A stretch of DNA of 64,000 bases, taken from positions 8,414-72,413 of the forward strand of contig JBNIDP010000002.1 in the NCBI GenBank assembly GCA_050108115.1. Reading direction: 5' to 3'. A program made the position numbers and the translations under genes. Below, piece after piece: positions 61,417 to 64,000 of the stretch. This stretch comes from Candidatus Bathyarchaeia archaeon. Its GTDB lineage: Archaea; Thermoproteota; Bathyarchaeia; Bathyarchaeales; Bathycorpusculaceae. The notes beneath the pieces are model-generated. The model saw only the letters and a program-made list of their open reading frames with translations. It was not told the origin of the DNA and searched no databases. Every line of letters begins with the position of its first letter. Position 1 is the stretch's first letter.

Positions 61417-62769
61417 TTGATGGAAGAAATGCAAAACAAGATAATGGGTCCAAACGGCAGAAATAGCGCGAAAGATACTTTTTCGAACATTTTCCTAGTG
61501 GCTAATCCACTTGTATGGTATTACACAGTAAGCGTTATGCTACAAGATGCCTTAACCAAAACAACACCAGACTCATCGGTTTCTTTATGCATCTGGGCAA
61601 TACATTATCTGGGGATTATTCTTTCTGCAGGAATAGGAGCAGCACTTGCTAAGAAATTTGACCAAAAAATCTTTCTAAGTTTTTGGATGATTCTGGGCAC
61701 CATATCATCATTAACTATCTTTTTAATTTACACACCCAACATTTTATATTTGGGGTTAATTTCGCTCATATTAGGCATTTCTTTAGGTTTAGGCATGCCT
61801 ACTTGCATGGGATGTTTTACAAGTAACACACCAATCGAAAAACGAGGCAAAAACAGTGGAGCAATTATACTTGCGTTCATGTTAGGCATGCTGGCGATGG
61901 TCTTTCTTCCATATGACCCCCTTTTAGTAGGAGGTATTCTTTCTTTATGGCGTTTACTTAGCTTATTAGTTTTCCAGCTTCAAAAACCTACGAATAAAAT
62001 CATGCATAACAGAGACAATATCGTTTCATCTTACAAAAGTATACTTCAACAAAAATCGTTCATATTATATTTCATTCCATTTTTGATGTTTGCCTTAGTT
62101 AATTATTTACCAACACAAATCCAGTCAAATCTTGGTGGCGAATTAGCAACCAATTTAGTTCTAGCCCAAAATGTTCTAATTGGCGTTTTCGCTGTGGTAG
62201 GTGGCTTCCTTTTAGATACGACAGGTCGCAAGAGAATAGCCGTCATCGGATTTGTAATGATAGGCTTAAGCACAGCAGCTATTGGAATATTTCCTCAAAA
62301 TACTTTAAGCTGGTACTTTAGTGCAATATCTGGAGGAGTTGCTTGGGGCTTTGTCTATGTAGCGTTTGTTTTGACAATCTGGGGAGATTTAAGTGATATG
62401 CTGGGCAATGCAAGAAGCGACAAGTTTTATGCCCTTGGTGTAACGCCCTTTTTTGTTTCACGCTTTTTAGAAATAGCATTAGGTACATCTATTGCAGAAA
62501 CAGTTTCTGAGACTGCATTGTTCTCGTTCGTTACCTTATTTTTGTTTGTGGCTGTTTTGCCTCTTTTCTATGCACCTGAAACGTTACCTGAAAAATCAAT
62601 CAAAGACAGAGACATGAAGAGTTATCTTGAAAAAGCTAAAAAAATAGCAGAAAAAGAAACAAACAAGAAACAAAGAAAAGAAAATACAAACAAAAAAACA
62701 AAACCTCAAGAGAAAGAAAAAACTAAAGAATACGAAGAAGCAAAAAAATTAGCAGAAAAATACTATTAA
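61417..62769 (+). CDS. MFS-like 12-TM transporter with charged C-terminal tail
   Basis: GFLLDTTGRKR (motif A-like), EKRG..SG, APETLPE. Confidence 0.8.
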   Translation: MMEEMQNKIMGPNGRNSAKDTFSNIFLVANPLVWYYTVSVMLQDALTKTTPDSSVSLCIWAIHYLGIILSAGIGAALAKKFDQKIFLSFWMILGTISSLTIFLIYTPNILYLGLISLILGISLGLGMPTCMGCFTSNTPIEKRGKNSGAIILAFMLGMLAMVFLPYDPLLVGGILSLWRLLSLLVFQLQKPTNKIMHNRDNIVSSYKSILQQKSFILYFIPFLMFALVNYLPTQIQSNLGGELATNLVLAQNVLIGVFAVVGGFLLDTTGRKRIAVIGFVMIGLSTAAIGIFPQNTLSWYFSAISGGVAWGFVYVAFVLTIWGDLSDMLGNARSDKFYALGVTPFFVSRFLEIALGTSIAETVSETALFSFVTLFLFVAVLPLFYAPETLPEKSIKDRDMKSYLEKAKKIAEKETNKKQRKENTNKKTKPQEKEKTKEYEEAKKLAEKYY

Positions 62770-62793
62770 GCAGCTATCACGTATTTGCATTGC

Positions 62794-63924
62794 ATGTTCT
62801 TTCACGTGATACTCACCACCGACTGCAACCTTCAATGCCGATACTGCTTTGGAGAATCACTTGATGATTTTGATGAAGATTTCAGCGACGACCTAACAGT
62901 AGATTATTCATTACCAAGAAGAATAACCTACGACCTTAACCTGCTTAAAGACTTTTGCTGTAAAGACCCTGACTGTGTTTTAACTTTTTACGGCGGTGAG
63001 CCCTTGATGCAGATGGACACGCTTAGGAAAATCATGGATACAGTGCAGCCGAAATTGTTCATGATGCAAACAAACGGGTTGCTGCTTGACAAGCTTGAAC
63101 CCAAGTATGTTAATCGTTTTCACACGTTACTTGTCTCTGTAGATGGCAAGGAAGAGTTGACTGATTATTATCGTGGAAAAGGCACTTTTCGAAAAGTCAT
63201 TGATAACCTAAAGCTCATCAAACAAAACGGTTTCAATGGTGAACTAATCGCAAGGGTCACTGTTATGGAGCAAACCGATATTTACCAGCAGGTCCGTTGG
63301 CTTCTTGAAAACCCAGAGTTCCCGTTTACGTCGGTTCATTGGCAACTTAACGCTGGTTTTTGGGGCAACGATTACCAAAGACGCAACTTCAAAGAGTGGT
63401 CCCAAACCAACTATATCCCAGGCGTTAGAGCGCTGGTCAAATTCTGGGTTGACACTATGGAACAGAAAGGCATAGTCCTTAAGCTTTACCCGATTTTAGG
63501 CATAGCATACTCACTGTTGCATGATGAAAAAGTGAATTTTCTGCGTTGCGGGGGTGGATGGATAAATTATGCAATTCAAACAGATGGCTACGTTCTTGCT
63601 TGTCCAACAATGTGGGGCATGACTCAGCATTACATGGGGCACATTGCTAACTCGCATCCGCTTAGACTTGAGAAAGTGTTTGTTAATCAGCCACCTTGTT
63701 CTGAATGCGAAATTTTAAACATGTGCGGCGGCAGATGCTATTACGCCAACGTTACTCAAAGGTGGACTGTCGATGCTTACAAAGAAGTCTGCAACACAGT
63801 CAAAGCCCTAGTAGAGGATGTATCGGCAGAGGTTCCACGAATAAAACAATTGATTCTTCAAGGAAAGATTCGTTTACCAGATTTTGAGTTTATAAAGTAT
63901 AACGGCGCTGAAATCATCCCTTAA
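62794..63924 (+). CDS. Radical SAM/SPASM protein, AF0577-family-like (putative peptide-modifying)
   Basis: CNLQCRYC, FYGGEP, SVHWQL, RCGGG, ACP, CSEC...CGGRC; C-terminal EIIP. Confidence 0.8.
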   Translation: MFFHVILTTDCNLQCRYCFGESLDDFDEDFSDDLTVDYSLPRRITYDLNLLKDFCCKDPDCVLTFYGGEPLMQMDTLRKIMDTVQPKLFMMQTNGLLLDKLEPKYVNRFHTLLVSVDGKEELTDYYRGKGTFRKVIDNLKLIKQNGFNGELIARVTVMEQTDIYQQVRWLLENPEFPFTSVHWQLNAGFWGNDYQRRNFKEWSQTNYIPGVRALVKFWVDTMEQKGIVLKLYPILGIAYSLLHDEKVNFLRCGGGWINYAIQTDGYVLACPTMWGMTQHYMGHIANSHPLRLEKVFVNQPPCSECEILNMCGGRCYYANVTQRWTVDAYKEVCNTVKALVEDVSAEVPRIKQLILQGKIRLPDFEFIKYNGAEIIP

Positions 63925-64000
63925 ACACTAAAATAACCCTTTTTGCCGGTAGTGGAGGATTAGTTTAGGAGACTTCTATATTTTTTTAAAAAAAAATAAA

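Overview
Archaeal chromosomal segment, most consistent with Bathyarchaeia (inferred from archaeal-type LeuRS, TpiA and aIF2-alpha, an eL22 homolog, TrmB and double-Lrp regulators, a PQQ-like beta-propeller surface protein and a TackOD1-like protein). Most of the window is housekeeping and metabolism: LipS1-type radical SAM, queT-queC, galT, glycogen debranching enzyme, tpiA, ppdK, metY-metX-metW, leuS, two ABC-2 exporters, a MEDS/PAS histidine kinase, tRNA-Arg(TCG) and tRNA-Ile(GAT). Two candidates stand out. (1) At 60.2-63.9 kb, an unannotated 14-aa micro-ORF (MKYIRPIRLSGSWT) with its own promoter, SD and terminator lies between a polyprenyl-synthase-fold enzyme that lacks the IPP-binding residues (ComQ-like) and an MFS-like membrane protein, followed by a SPASM-type radical SAM. 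This suggests an archaeal Trp-prenylated peptide (ComQ/ComX-like) system. (2) The queT-queC leader can fold into an SD-sequestering H-type pseudoknot that resembles preQ1 riboswitches. Also seen: a candidate C/D-box sRNA, a dispersed non-coding repeat in 3 copies, an out-of-operon aIF2-alpha between duplicated segments, a surface protein with four near-identical 372-nt repeats, and several unannotated microproteins. All family assignments come from motif recognition by eye; no database searches were run.
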